Below are positions 13,146-25,700 of a stretch of DNA of 64,000 nt, in pieces. Numbering within the stretch: position 1 is the stretch's first letter; each line of letters starts with the position of its first letter. The DNA lies in the NCBI GenBank assembly GCA_000165425.1, contig CT868012.1, positions 124,001 through 188,000 on the forward strand, written 5' to 3'. A model generated the notes under the pieces. It had not been told where the DNA came from, did not search any database, and was given only the letters and a program-made list of their open reading frames with translations. The DNA comes from Paramecium tetraurelia (Eukaryota). Both the position numbers and the translations under genes were made by a program.

Positions 13146-14725
13146 ATGATTCTACCCTAATTAAAAGTGAAGGATCTTCAACAGATTGATTCAGCTCGTT
13201 ACATGAGATTCATGTAAAATTAAATAGCGGTGATGCTTCAATTAAATAATCCAAAAAAATTAGCAATGGCCTAACCATCCAAGTATATTGAGCTCAAGGA
13301 TTCATCAAAACTAACTCAATCACTCGTCGTCTCTAAGGGAGCAAAAAGTAGTGATTAAAAGAAGGTTGTATTATTGCCAACCTTAATCCAAAATTATTAC
13401 ATATACTATTTAGGAACTGGTAACAACCACTAAGTAGTTCAAAGGGTGCTCTCTAAACGAAATGAATGGATGTTCACAACCAATAAGAATGATTCATCAA
13501 TAAATTTTAGGTGGTCATTGTATTCAAAAGGGTATTAGTATGATAAACTTGTATCAGGCAATAAGGTCAAGTAGGCAGTCAATCATTTTGAGTTTCATTC
13601 AGAAATATCATAGAAAAGCTATCTCTTTAAGAATCTCCAACATTATTGTGAAGTACAGCCTAACTTAAATAGGAAAACCAAATAGATATCATGACTTTCG
13701 TTCCTTTAACCTTCGTTTTAGATTTCACTAACGAAAAGGCAGATATGAGTTTATTACAATTTCTTTAATATTACGAAAGCAATGCTCCCTCATCTATTAA
13801 ATTGAACGATACGCAGAATAAATTTTATAGTATAAGACGTTATCTCAACACTTACATGCAAATAACTGATAAGTTTGTTTAAATTAACAAATCTAAGATC
13901 CCTAGTACCTTCTTAGGCAATGATTACTTATGGATTTTGAAGCCAACACAATATAATTGTGGAAGAGGTATACATGTGATCAAAGATTTGGATTAAATGG
14001 CTCATCTGCTTAATCAATATATCACTGGCAAGCAATAAAAGAAGGATGGCAAAATCATTAGATCAAAATAAATTGTCATTCAAAAATATTTGGAAAAACC
14101 ATTATTAATTAATAATCGCAAATTTGATATCAGAGTCTGGGGATTACTGAACTCAGATCTTGAATTCTTTTTTTTCGAACAAGGATATATCAGAATGGCA
14201 TCTGAAGAATACACTACCAAGGATGTATAAAATTAATATGTGCACTTAACCAATAATGCTATATAAAAGCAGAGTCCAAATTATGGGAAATTGGAAGATG
14301 GAAATCAGTTATCATTTGATTAAGCAGCAGCATACTTTAAAAGTAAAGGAGACTTCTACAAATTGGTAATCAAACATTATATATCATTTAAGATAGTAGA
14401 GAATATTAAACAAATTTCTCTTAGGGCATTCCAATCGACTAGAAAGAAAATCAATTTTTTCGGAAGGAGATACTGTTTCGAGATATTTGGATTAGACTAT
14501 ATGATAGATGATGATTTTAAGGTTTGGCTTATTGAAATTAACTCAAATCCTTGTTTAGAAGAATCCAGTCAATTACTGTAAGGACTTATTCCTCGAATGC
14601 TTGATGATGCATTTTCATTGACTTTGGATCATTTATTTCCAGTTACTAAAAAGTAGATTGTTTTTTCTGTCCCAAATTATTCGGATAATCACAATATGTG
14701 GCAATGGCTAGGCAATTTGTTTTGA
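13146..14725 (+). CDS. TTLL: Tubulin-tyrosine ligase-like (TTLL) protein; tubulin glycylase/glutamylase family
   Basis: VNHFEFHSEI, WILKPTQYNCGRGI, VIQKYLEKPLLINNRKFDIRVW, GYIRMASEEY, HLTNNAIQK and FEIFGLDYMIDDDFKVWLIEINSNPCL. Confidence 0.93.
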
Positions 14726-14879
14726 ATAACTAAATACATATTATAATTATAATCATTATATTGAATTAAATTATTTGCATTAATAATTTAATCCTAAAAG
14801 TATCCAAACTGAAAGAATAATCTTAAAATAATTGAAAATTCAGAATGATTGTGATTAAATGTAACCAAATATATATATA

Positions 14880-15749
14880 TCAATCAACATTGTTCTTTGC
14901 TCTTTTTTAATTGACTTAATTCATAGTCTAATTACTCATTAGCTAACAATTATTCCTTAAAGAAATATATATGATAGAATTACTTATAATTGTCTTTGTA
15001 AGGTTGAATACATGTCTATGTTATCTAGATGTTTTTCATGCAGTTTCACAATATCATCTACAATTTCTTTAAATTAGTTTCTCAAAGCATCTATTTAATT
15101 TTTTGAACTCTTGATGTCCGCATCTATTTATGTCTTAAAGTCTCCAACAACAAGAGGTTGAATGTTTCTTTCGTATTCCTTATTTATTTTTTCAATTCTG
15201 GCCGATATCTCACTAATGTCTGCATTATTCAATTCCAACTCATATATTTTTCGATCCTACTCCCTAAGGGTTCCTCTCAAGTATGTATCATACGAGACTA
15301 AGGCCCTGTGAGATAGATAGGAATCATTAAGGATTTGCAATTCCTTGTTAGATGCAGATAATTGTTCATTTGAAGTTGAATTGCTTTTATTGAGGGCATA
15401 CTTTTCACAATTGTCTAAGATTCTCTATCCTCTATATATAAATACCATTTGATTGCTATTGATATTCTAATTCTTGTTATTGGAGATCAGCCAATAACTA
15501 TTTCTGATCCTCAATTTCTTTTTTAACCCTAAAGATTTCCATGTCCTTATTATGTATACTATATAATAATCTTTTATTGGCCAATTGGACTTCCAATATT
15601 TTTCTTCTTCTCTCCTTCTGCTCCTCAGTCAACTCCTCTTCTTGTTCTTTATTTTTATCCTCGGTTTCCTATTCCATCTGTGGTTAATCAATGGACATTT
15701 GTTCATTGACGATTCTAATTTAAGCTTCAAAATCTCCAGGAATTTGCAT
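14880..15749 (-). CDS. Coiled-coil hypothetical protein
   Basis: MQIPGDFEAQIR... E/K/Q-rich frame with two short introns; ends KNNVD*. Confidence 0.7.
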
Positions 15750-15817
15750 TAATAATTATTTTAATGTTTTATTCAATAGAATGCTTATATTATAATATCA
15801 ATAAATCAAACAATTTA

Positions 15818-17845
15818 TCATTTTAGCCTAAATTGTATTTCAACTTCCTTTTAGTTTAATGAAGAAATTGTTTGATCGTCCCTTAGAACTTGGTCCCCTT
15901 GCAGAAGATTATACTACTTAATGTTTAATGGATCGCCTTAAATTGCTAAATCATAAATGAACTTTTTGAGTTCTTCACAAGTCAAATTTCCTTTCACCCT
16001 ACATCTATACAATTTCTCGCCGACAGAGGCCTTGACCGTGATCTAATCATTATTGCTGTTATTAAGTGCATCTTGCTAAACTTAATTAGGTATTTATTAA
16101 GGTATCTTTTTTTCATTCGTAAATTCATTGCTCATAGACTCTGAAGGTTCATGCAGTTTATCATTTATAAATAAAGGTTTTTAAACCGAAGGATTATTAA
16201 TGATTTCAGCTTAGTCTTGTGGAGTAGGTGTTTCTTCATACAAAATTACACCGTTATTCTGAATTCTTAGTTAAGCAAAGGTTTCATCTCCACCCAATTA
16301 CTTACCTTCAAACGAGTATAAAGCATTCATTTTTAATTTCGAACTCACTTTTGTAAGAGTGTCTTCCAAATTCACTGCGAGTGTAGTCACTTATTCTGTT
16401 TTATTGTTTTTGAATTTGATTTGTAAATTTGTACTTAATAGTGCTTGCAAGTATTCAAAGTTGCCGCCCATGATTTCTTCGAGTTTCAAATTTTCTTAAA
16501 ATAATCTGGTACCCAGGGAAAATTAAATTATTTAGTTTTTAGGAATGCTTAATTTATATCTCAATACTTCGGCCAGAGCTTCAAGATCATTTTTTTCTAT
16601 AGCAATATCAACATTGATAACTATGTTGAGATTAACTATTAGAACCCCAAACTTTTTTGTTGTTGATTGGGTTTGAACTGTTACTATTCTAGGCCTTGGC
16701 TTTTACACAACTTTATATAATATAGTGCAACCATAATAGGCATTCATTTAGTCCAGTGTGGATTTAGGCTGCAATTGTGAATCTTATGTTTCCAAAAAAA
16801 AGTGGACATCATCATTCTATGTATGCTAAATTTTAGAAGATAAATCTTCAAGTGATGTATCGTATCGAACATTATGAATTGAAGAAGATTCATGCGAATT
16901 CTCACCAATAGGCTATAAAATTATTTGCAAATCTCCTTTTTAATCTTCCTCCACCAATTTCAGCAAACTAAAATTTGGTATGGCTTCTGAAGCAACAGTA
17001 GCAAATCGATCCAGAGGCCAGTGATACATCAAGGTGATTTTATTTGGGTTAGTGATATTGAATTCTTTCCTTAATATCTTAATTATCTCATAAATCTATT
17101 AGTCTTTTTTAAAAATTATTTGTCTTTCTCTTGATTATTTTTAATAGAGGACTCTATAAACCACTTCATTAGGAATACTTGCTTGCCATACAGCATCAAT
17201 AGGGAGATTATTATTGAAATAGGATAGTTCTGGTTTGAGGAGTGAATTCTGACACTAAAAGGAAATGATGCCATTGATGTTGAGTTTATACATAAAGCTT
17301 TGAATAACCTTGTAAATTGGTGAAAATATGCTGAAGTTAATATCTATGACTTCTCCCTTCCATTTGATACTTTACTTAATTTAAATATTCAATAAGACAG
17401 GAATAGAATTTCCTATGCCATTTTAAATCCAGGTATCTTTCTCCAGTTGTTTCCCATCCTGTACATTGAAAATGCCAATCTCATAAGGAGTGTTCCTCAG
17501 GTAATTTCGAATAATCAAGTCCTTAAATATTTAAGTACTTTCAAATGCATCAACATTAATATCCTAGAATTGCAATTACTTATTGACAATCTCAATACTA
17601 ATACGCAAGGAAAGTCTAATTTATAAAACCCCACGATCTGTAACTCCTGCTTCAATGAAAGTTTTGTTGCGATCTTGGACTAAGTTATTGTAAGTAACAA
17701 AGCATGAAATGTTTTCCCAATTGATGGAGTCCATTCCAATCGGGTGCAATATTCTACGAACGTATGAAACAATCTATAATTGTGGATTAACTGTCGAGGA
17801 TAAATTGATCTTTAATTGGTCAATCTTGAAGGTAACCTCTATCAT
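15818..17845 (-). CDS. Intronless 675-aa protein of about 8 tandem divergent ubiquitin-like (beta-grasp) domains
   Basis: 2028-nt TGA-free frame. Units of about 70-80 aa, e.g. LQIKFKNNKTEQVTTLAVNLEDTLTKV..YSFEGKQLGGDETFAQLRIQNNGVILY and YNLLQGDQVLRDDQTISSL. Confidence 0.78.
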
Positions 17846-17936
17846 ACAATAAGAATGATCAAAAAGAATAATAAATTTATATATAATTCTATTATTTTCT
17901 TAAACCTTAAACAATTGATTTTCTTACAAGATAAAG

Positions 17937-19712
17937 TCATTAAAGCAATTCAAAAATCAAAGTTGAATTAGGGGCAATCTGTAATTATTGGCAATTACTG
18001 TTGAGATCTATAATTTTATTGTCAAAGAAAATGTCTTTGATATTTCTTAATCCCTCCCTTTCCAATGCCAACCCAATTGGATCATCAATATTAATCTTCA
18101 CGATTTATTATTTACTTGCATCAATACTTTACAAGTATAACTATATCTATTCTTTTTTTTGCATAACAATATCGAACCTATCATTCACAAAAATGTTTTT
18201 TAATTTCTCATCTTTGTTAAGTGGTTAATACCCATAAAAAGATTGAATGTCCTTGCCCTCTATTTAATACTTATTAGCAATAATCTACTCTAACATCTCC
18301 ACGGTGTTATAATAAAAACATTCTACCTTTTCGATTTTATTATCAAACTAGATTTCGCATTCAAATTTACCAAATGGGAGAAATGTGAAACTCGCATTCA
18401 AGAATCTCAGACCCATTTCTTCAATTGTTTTAGTGCAAATAGTATCATTACTATTATAAATAGAGAAATTAGCAGGTATTATATCCTAATATCTATTTTT
18501 AACTTCCTATTCCAAACTTTAGATAGTGTGTGATTTCTTGGCATGATATTCTATTGTCTTTAATCCAATTATAAATTTAATTTCAATTGCGTCGCATTCA
18601 TATTCTATTACTTAATTATTTGAGATCTGCAGTTCAGAGAATGGCTGATTTTAATCAACCTCATTTTGATTGATAGTCACTTTGAAATCTGTACAATTTC
18701 TGCAATTGACATTTGCTATTTCCTTCAAAACACTTATCAATAGTTAATCACTATTAACTTATTTCACTATTAGTTAATTGTATTTCTGATTTTTAAATTG
18801 CACTTGAATGCTATCTATTTTCTCTTATCTCAATTCCAGCATGGAGTTCCAAATTAAATTCAAATCCTAAATATTCTAATCCTCCTATAATCTATTACCT
18901 TAATAACATATCTCAAATGGTCTATACCTTTACAAATTGAGTTCATCTTTTGCTACTTTAATCAAATCTCTCACAGTATCTGTTTACTTAATATTTATTA
19001 TCATTATTGCTTCCAGGTATGCTATTTACAGAGTGACTTCAACAGGAGTTGTCACTTCAAATATTGTATCAGGAGAGAACTTCGATTGATAGTATCTCTC
19101 TGTTGGATCAATCGATTTGTTGCTTTGAGCTACCAAGAAATCGATTTTAATAATTTTATCAATATTTTGAGTCTCTTTAATCTACTTAGCGATCATGTCC
19201 CAATCATCAGAGATGTCAATCTTCATTTCATATTGTGTGTTTTAGTATACGTATTTTAACATTTCGTATGCATCCCACTAAATATTTGTAGCACTATGTA
19301 TGTTATCATGAATAATTAAAAATTCCAAACAATAAATTTGGTTGCTCGTTCTTAGACATACCTCACAGCTTTAAGAGAATTCATACTCCCTTTATATTTA
19401 ATGTTTGATTTGTGTAAATTAATCCCAAGATTCTATAGTTATTTCCTTATTCCCGAAAAAATTGTGAATAAGAGTGATTTCAAATTTATTTGAAAATATT
19501 ATTGATAATCTTGATGATTTATTGAGAGAATACACTTCAAGTAAGTTTTCTGATTCCAATAATTTATCTTCATTATAAATTGAGAACTTTGTTGTTTTTG
19601 GATATCCAAACTGATGCAAGAGTTTCAAACCAATATCCTTCACCTTATTTGATTTTCTAATGTTGACATTGTACTTCAGATCCAATTATTTCGAATAAAT
19701 AGTCAATTCCAT
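17937..19712 (-). CDS. Intronless 591-aa protein of about 8 tandem divergent ubiquitin-like domains
   Basis: 1776-nt TGA-free frame. Units such as VEVTLQI..INIKQTDTVRDLIKVAKDELNL..FEICYQGNRLQEDQNIQDLNLIWNSMLEL and FSIYNEDKLLESENLLEVYSLNKSSRLSI. Confidence 0.8.
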
Positions 19713-19771
19713 TTTCCTAAATTCTATTCTTTATCAAGCTTTAATTATTATTATTTATTTTTTATCTTCCT

Positions 19772-20241
19772 ATGATGAATTATCCGAATGAAAGCCAAGT
19801 AAATCCATAACCATAGAAGAGTGAAATTTTGATCAGTTATTCTCGCCAATAATTGAAAAATATGGATTTTGATCCCACCAAACCTGAAAATTATTATTTA
19901 AACAAGAAACCGTAAAACATTAGCACAAATTAACCCGCTCAGTTTAGTAATATGTAAATCAACCAAGTTTAAGGTTTTCCAAATCCATAATACCAATTCT
20001 AGTATTTATTATTTCCAAAATTAGAGGTGATGCTATGAAGTAAGATAAAACATCACAATATAATTATCCACCAGTTAACAAATATCAAATTCAAGGAGAA
20101 TACAATTAAAATTAATCGAATCTGTAGAAAACCAATAAAATAGTATTTAATAAAATTGAGTCTTATGACGATTTTCGCAGTAAATAAAAGGAGACTTCGA
20201 ATTATAATACTTATAAACAATATTAAGGCGAACAAAAATGA
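19772..20241 (+). CDS. Short Q/N/P-rich hypothetical protein; 3' end uncertain
   Basis: MMNYPNESQVNPQPQ..DFDPTKPENYYL with an intron near 20002-20024. The terminal frame is ambiguous. Confidence 0.45.
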
Positions 20242-20540
20242 AACCATAAATCAATATATATTATCATATAAACAATTTACACATTTTATGCTTAAATAAT
20301 AATGGCCAAACAAATCGAATTATTTTATAATGTATTTCATCAAAGTTTTATTATTCCATCAATATATTCGATATCAACTATACTTGTGAAACATTTTAAA
20401 TATGGATATCAATATTTATGATTAACATAAAATTTGTAATTCTATTATAGTTGGAATTATTGTCATGATCTTATAAATCTATAATCTAATGATATATGTT
20501 AATTTAATATTTTTCAATAAATATATTTATTATATATCGA

Positions 20541-21784
20541 TCAGGAGTCACCTCCTCTTAGGTAGTACAAAGTTAAAAGATCTCCAATTCGTAGTTCCAA
20601 CGTATTATCCAATTCATAACTAACAGTTGCTCTATTTACCTGATTAGTAATGCAACCTTGTTTGACAACCATCTTCATATTTAATTCTGGAATCGTAAGG
20701 TGACCCTCTTAAACACAAGTGTAGTTCATGCGATTAATAACTAACCCATTACCGCAACATCTACACTCCTTCAACTTTATCTGCTTGAAATTATCAAAGC
20801 ATTTCTTCATTGGATGATCAAAGTATTGAAACAGAGTCCAATCGGCATCTTTAGGTTCGAATCTAAGAGGTGGTTACATTGTGATATGTTTTGGATCTAA
20901 TAAATTCTAGTTTCAATTAATTACTTCCAAAAATACCAACATCAAGTTTTTCAATTAATGGCTTATTCCATCTAATACTTTATAAATTGACTTATCCCTG
21001 AAGGTTCAATAGAGTAAATGGAATTTTGATGAAGTCTCCAACACAAAAGGGAAGCACTGGCTAGATGACAGGAACGGTTTGCTTATCATATATATTCTAA
21101 ACCATATGATATAGATTATTACTGTGCTTTGATCCACTCCAATCCAAATGGTTCTGACTGTGTTCTTTCTCAGAATCCCAAATTTGTAACAAAAAGCTTT
21201 TTCTTGTCCTTTGCAGTTGTAAGTGTAGGATATTTTAACAATAGAATCTCTTATAAATATTAAATGTTACTTTCGACCCCGGGAGTAATTTCTGCAATCA
21301 GAAATCTATCCAATCTAAAACCTTACTGTCTTCCGAATTGAAAAGTCTGAAATGCATTTTTGGACTGTTTTAATTTTAAAAAGGAATGTGATTGTTAAAA
21401 TTTTTCATCGACTATACTGACAGTCTTTGAAAAAGCTTCATTTAATCTTGTGTACCACAATGTATTAACAAGCAATAAGTTGATGTAATCGTCAATAACG
21501 AAATACATGATGTGACAGATGAGATGTGATGGAAGTTTAAGAAAGCGTCCTTCAAATTCGTAATTGCGTCTAGTTGATTGAGAGAGCTAACGAGAAGTCT
21601 GCAGATAACATCGAAGTTGATCTTGTTATTTTTGATACAGTTCAAAGATCTATGAGTTTTGTGATTCTGCCAATCTATGTTTATTTGCTACTAGATAAGG
21701 ATATTTATTTTCATCTGTTTACTCGTATCTCGCATAGCAGTTTTCCAATCCTGGAATATTGGGAGTACAATTATTTTGACCCAT
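20541..21784 (-). CDS. Alveolate FBXO1-like F-box protein with N-terminal MG
   Basis: MGQNNC start, F-box-like FLKLPSHLICHIMYFV..LLLVNTLW, GFRLDRFLIAEI, VGDFIKIPFTLLNLQG, and C-terminal LELRIGDLLTLYYLRGG. These recall Toxoplasma/Plasmodium FBXO1. Three introns. Confidence 0.65.
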
Positions 21785-21814
21785 TTATAATTCAAATCTG
21801 TAAGTTAATATTTT

Positions 21815-22741
21815 ATGTATAATTTTGCTAAAACCGCAGCAAAAGACCCATATAATTTTGATATAAATTAAAAGGCTACAACTGGCGGAACTAAGAAGAA
21901 TGACACAGGAGATAAGAGCAAAAAGTTATCAAATATGGAACCTAAAAGATTGGCCATCAGATTTGATCCTCCAATGATCAGTTGATATTCAATATTATAT
22001 AATCTAGTTGTTGAATACTTGTAACCATCCTCAGGGAAGTTGTATCATCATAAAATGAAACTCTTAAAATTAAAGCCTGATACTCCTATTAATCATGCTT
22101 TGGAATATTTGAAGAAGAAACACGCTATGTACTTTATGAATAATAAGATTCCAGAAAAGCAATTGTTGGGTAAGCAAATGTCACATCAATAAATAGAGTT
22201 GATTGGAAAGATTTAAAAAAGGTTATAAATTTCAAAGCCAAATGTAAATGCTAATGCTACTTTATAACGACCAACATCTTCTACAAGGCCCTTGAGTTCC
22301 TCCACATAAGCATCTATGAATATGTCCAAAACCTAATCTAAATTACAGAAGGATATTGAAGATTATGGAATGTCCGAAGAGGATTTGTACAATTATGCTA
22401 TGAAGAATCAAAAAGGCAAATAACCTGTTTTGGAGGATGATGATGAGGATGAAGATGAAGAATGCTATGATTAAAATTATGAAGAGGAGGACTCAGAAGA
22501 TGAGATCACAGACGAGTAATACAAGATGTTATATTAAAAAATGGGTTATAATCAGTTGAATTTAAATAAGATGACCACTGAAGAATTAAAGAAACACAAA
22601 GAGATTATGGAATCAATGTATAAGAAGAATTCAGTGAAACCAGGAGACAAGAATTACAAATACGATGTACAAAAGAACTTCAAGCCTTCAGCTCAGAATT
22701 AATGGGATATGGATGATGAAGAAGATTATGATATAGTTTGA
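21815..22741 (+). CDS. CEP19: Centrosomal protein CEP19
   Basis: EPKRLAIRFDPPMIIVEY..GKLYHHKM and LNLNKMTTEELKKHKEIMESMYKKNSVKPGDKNYKYDVQKNF..WD match the two CEP19 conserved blocks. Two introns. An alternative start lies at 21935. Confidence 0.88.
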
Positions 22742-22761
22742 TTTTAATAATAAGATAGAAA

Positions 22762-25700
22762 TCATCTTTAAACTAAGTTTTGATTCGTTTATGTAATGCT
22801 CGTGTAGATATGTCCACCTAATTAAATATTCAAATGATTTACCTTTCTTTTTATATAATCCAATCTCGTTCTTTAGGTCCTCTATTTCCTTACCCAAAAA
22901 TTTGACTAGATCTTCTAAACTCTACCTGTCACTTTCCATATCTGTTCTTTTCTCCTTATTATCACCCTTAAACAATTATTTATTGCCAGAAGTTAGCTTT
23001 TTACTTAAATCCATTTGTTGCTTTCCTAATTTAGTAATGTTTGTAAATATCTTAGTATTTTCTCTTTTCACTTCTAATAATTATTGCTTCATTTTCGACA
23101 ATTCTTCTTTGGCTCTAGATACCTTTCTTTGAGCCTCCTTCTCCTCCTAATTAAATTATGCTCTCATATCTAAGACAGCCTTGGTCGGTTCCAAAGCATC
23201 AAGTATCTTTAGATCAATGATATCTCCAAATTTGAGCATATGCTTCTCTTCATATTTTTTATTCAAATCTTCAATTTTGAGATCTTTCAATTTAATTTCC
23301 TTCTCTTGCATCTTCTTGGTTTTATCTTTTTAAACCTTTTATTTTGTAATTTTTCCTTGCTCATGTTTCAATTCGACAATTCTTTTGCAAAGTTTGAAAA
23401 AATCATATTCAGTAAATAATATTGATTTATTCAGATCAGTAGGTAATTGCTTTTGATCATTAAGATTTTAAACTTGCGATAATTTCAACACAAAACTCAC
23501 ATCCAATTGATTTACTCTTTATAGTTTCTTCCTCTAATATTAAGTCAAATCATCATTCGCTCGCTTCAAATAGGTATCATTCTAAGCAATTTTATTAGCC
23601 AACTTAGACTTCTATTGTTCATTCTGTACTTTCTCCTATTTGAAATTGTCCTACTATTCTTCTAATCCACATATCTTTTCAATTACATCTCTAACTTTAG
23701 GATCTTATTCAACAGGAGAGATATCTGGCTTTTCCTCCTCATCATCAGATACGATATCATCATCATTATCATCCTCATTTTCCTCATCTTCTTCGTTCTC
23801 CTCAGAATCTGAATGTTCCTTCTCTTATTGTTTCTTCAATCTCTTTTACATCTCCCTCTTGAATTTCTTACGATAATAATCATGAATTTTATTTCTCTTC
23901 TATTCATCATCAGGATGTACCAACTCCTTCCATGCCTTCAATTACTCTATCAAATCTTTATCATTTTGTTATTCTTTCTTCTATAGTGTTGCCAGATTCT
24001 CCATGATTTTCTCCACTTATGATTCTAGATTCTACTTTTCCTTTTTAAAATCCAAAACTTCTTTTATTAACTTATTATCAAAGTCCTCCATATCCTCTAA
24101 AATGATTAATTCTTAGTAATATGTTACTAATTTCATTTGAGCAATCAACATATCACTTTCAAGAACATTCTTCTCATTTTAACATTTAACAACATCTTTA
24201 TCAAATTACACTATTTCTTCTTACATCTCATCAATCATCCTTTATTTCTCTGCATTCAATACCATATCTTGAATAGTCTTCATCTCTTCTTCCATACTTG
24301 ATTACTAAACTCTAATACCCTTTCTTGTCTTAATCTAATTTTATTCAGTTGGCTTGGAAATCTGAGCAGGAGCAATCCTCTTTTGTTCATCCTTCTTTTA
24401 TTATTGTTATTACAATTTACTGATAAACTCATTTATTTGTTCATCACTAATTTCCATAAAACTATGGGGATCCTCCAATTCTTTATCAATCTCAGGTTAG
24501 AATAATTGTTCTTACTTTCCCAATTATTCATTGATCTTCTTTATTGACTAATTATATTTCTTTATCTTGTCTATCAAATTCACTTTCCTTTTCTTCAAAT
24601 TTAATAATTATTAATTGAATTTCAATTTAGTATTATATATAAACTCTTCTAACATGTAAATGTGTTTTCTTTTCTTACTGACATTCATCCTCTAATTGTC
24701 AGGTACTTCAAAATTAGGCGAACTCTTCAACTTATAATCCCCATATTATTTAATGGCTTCCTAAATATCTGGAGCATTTTCTGGCTTTGCCAATTCAATT
24801 GGTTTTGATTTCTCAAGTAACTCCTACTCCTTCTTAATTCTTTCCTCCTCCTAACGTAATCTCTCCCTTTCTAACTTTGCCTATGGTATCTTCTAATCAG
24901 GATCCAATTACTAAATTGTTGCCTTTTATTATTCCTCTTTCATATCAACTGTGGTAATTTTGATTTATGATTGAGCTTATATTTTTTCTTAAATCTTATT
25001 CTCAATCTAAGGTTAATTTTCTTGATTCTTTCGTTCTTCATCAATCAAACGATAAGTCTCTTTCAATTATTCAATAAGGAAGTTGCTTAATTTTTTGACT
25101 TTGAATGTCTAAACCGATGCATGGTTCCTGAATCCTTTAACCATTAATTTATCTATCTCTAGTTCATCTATCATATATGTCTTCAGCTTATCAGCCTTCA
25201 TTTTTGCTAATGTTCTATCCCACTCTAACTCTAATCTGGTTTCCTCCACATCTTCAGCTACTCTATCCAACAACATCTACTTATACTCAGGATCCACACA
25301 CAATTCCTCTTCAGTCAATTTTGCAGCTTCTTCTGCTGTCTGATTCTTCTGTCTCACTTGTGAGAATTGTTCTCTTAATTACTAAATACGGGATTTGACA
25401 GTCTCTTTCTTCTTATTTGCCTCATTCCTGCGATTATCTTCCTCAGCCAATAATTTAGCTTATTAAATTGAGTATATAGTATCATCCAATATATCTTGAG
25501 GCTCCTCAAATGCAATCTCTTCCACAAATGTTCCACTGTTGATACCCATTGTAAATTCTGGGTATTAGAAATCTTGGACTTCAGTACCACTCAATTGCAT
25601 TAAGAAACTTTGGAAATCTAACTTATACACATAGAATGTTCCATCATCACTTACACTCAACACTCCAGTTCTATCAAAGGTCAAACTTATTTTACGAACA

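Noticed and set aside
16455..16480. Gly-Gly in the poly-UBL protein as a ubiquitin-style processing site
   Set aside because: The GG in EEIMGGNF lies before the last strand of the repeat, not at a domain C-terminus.
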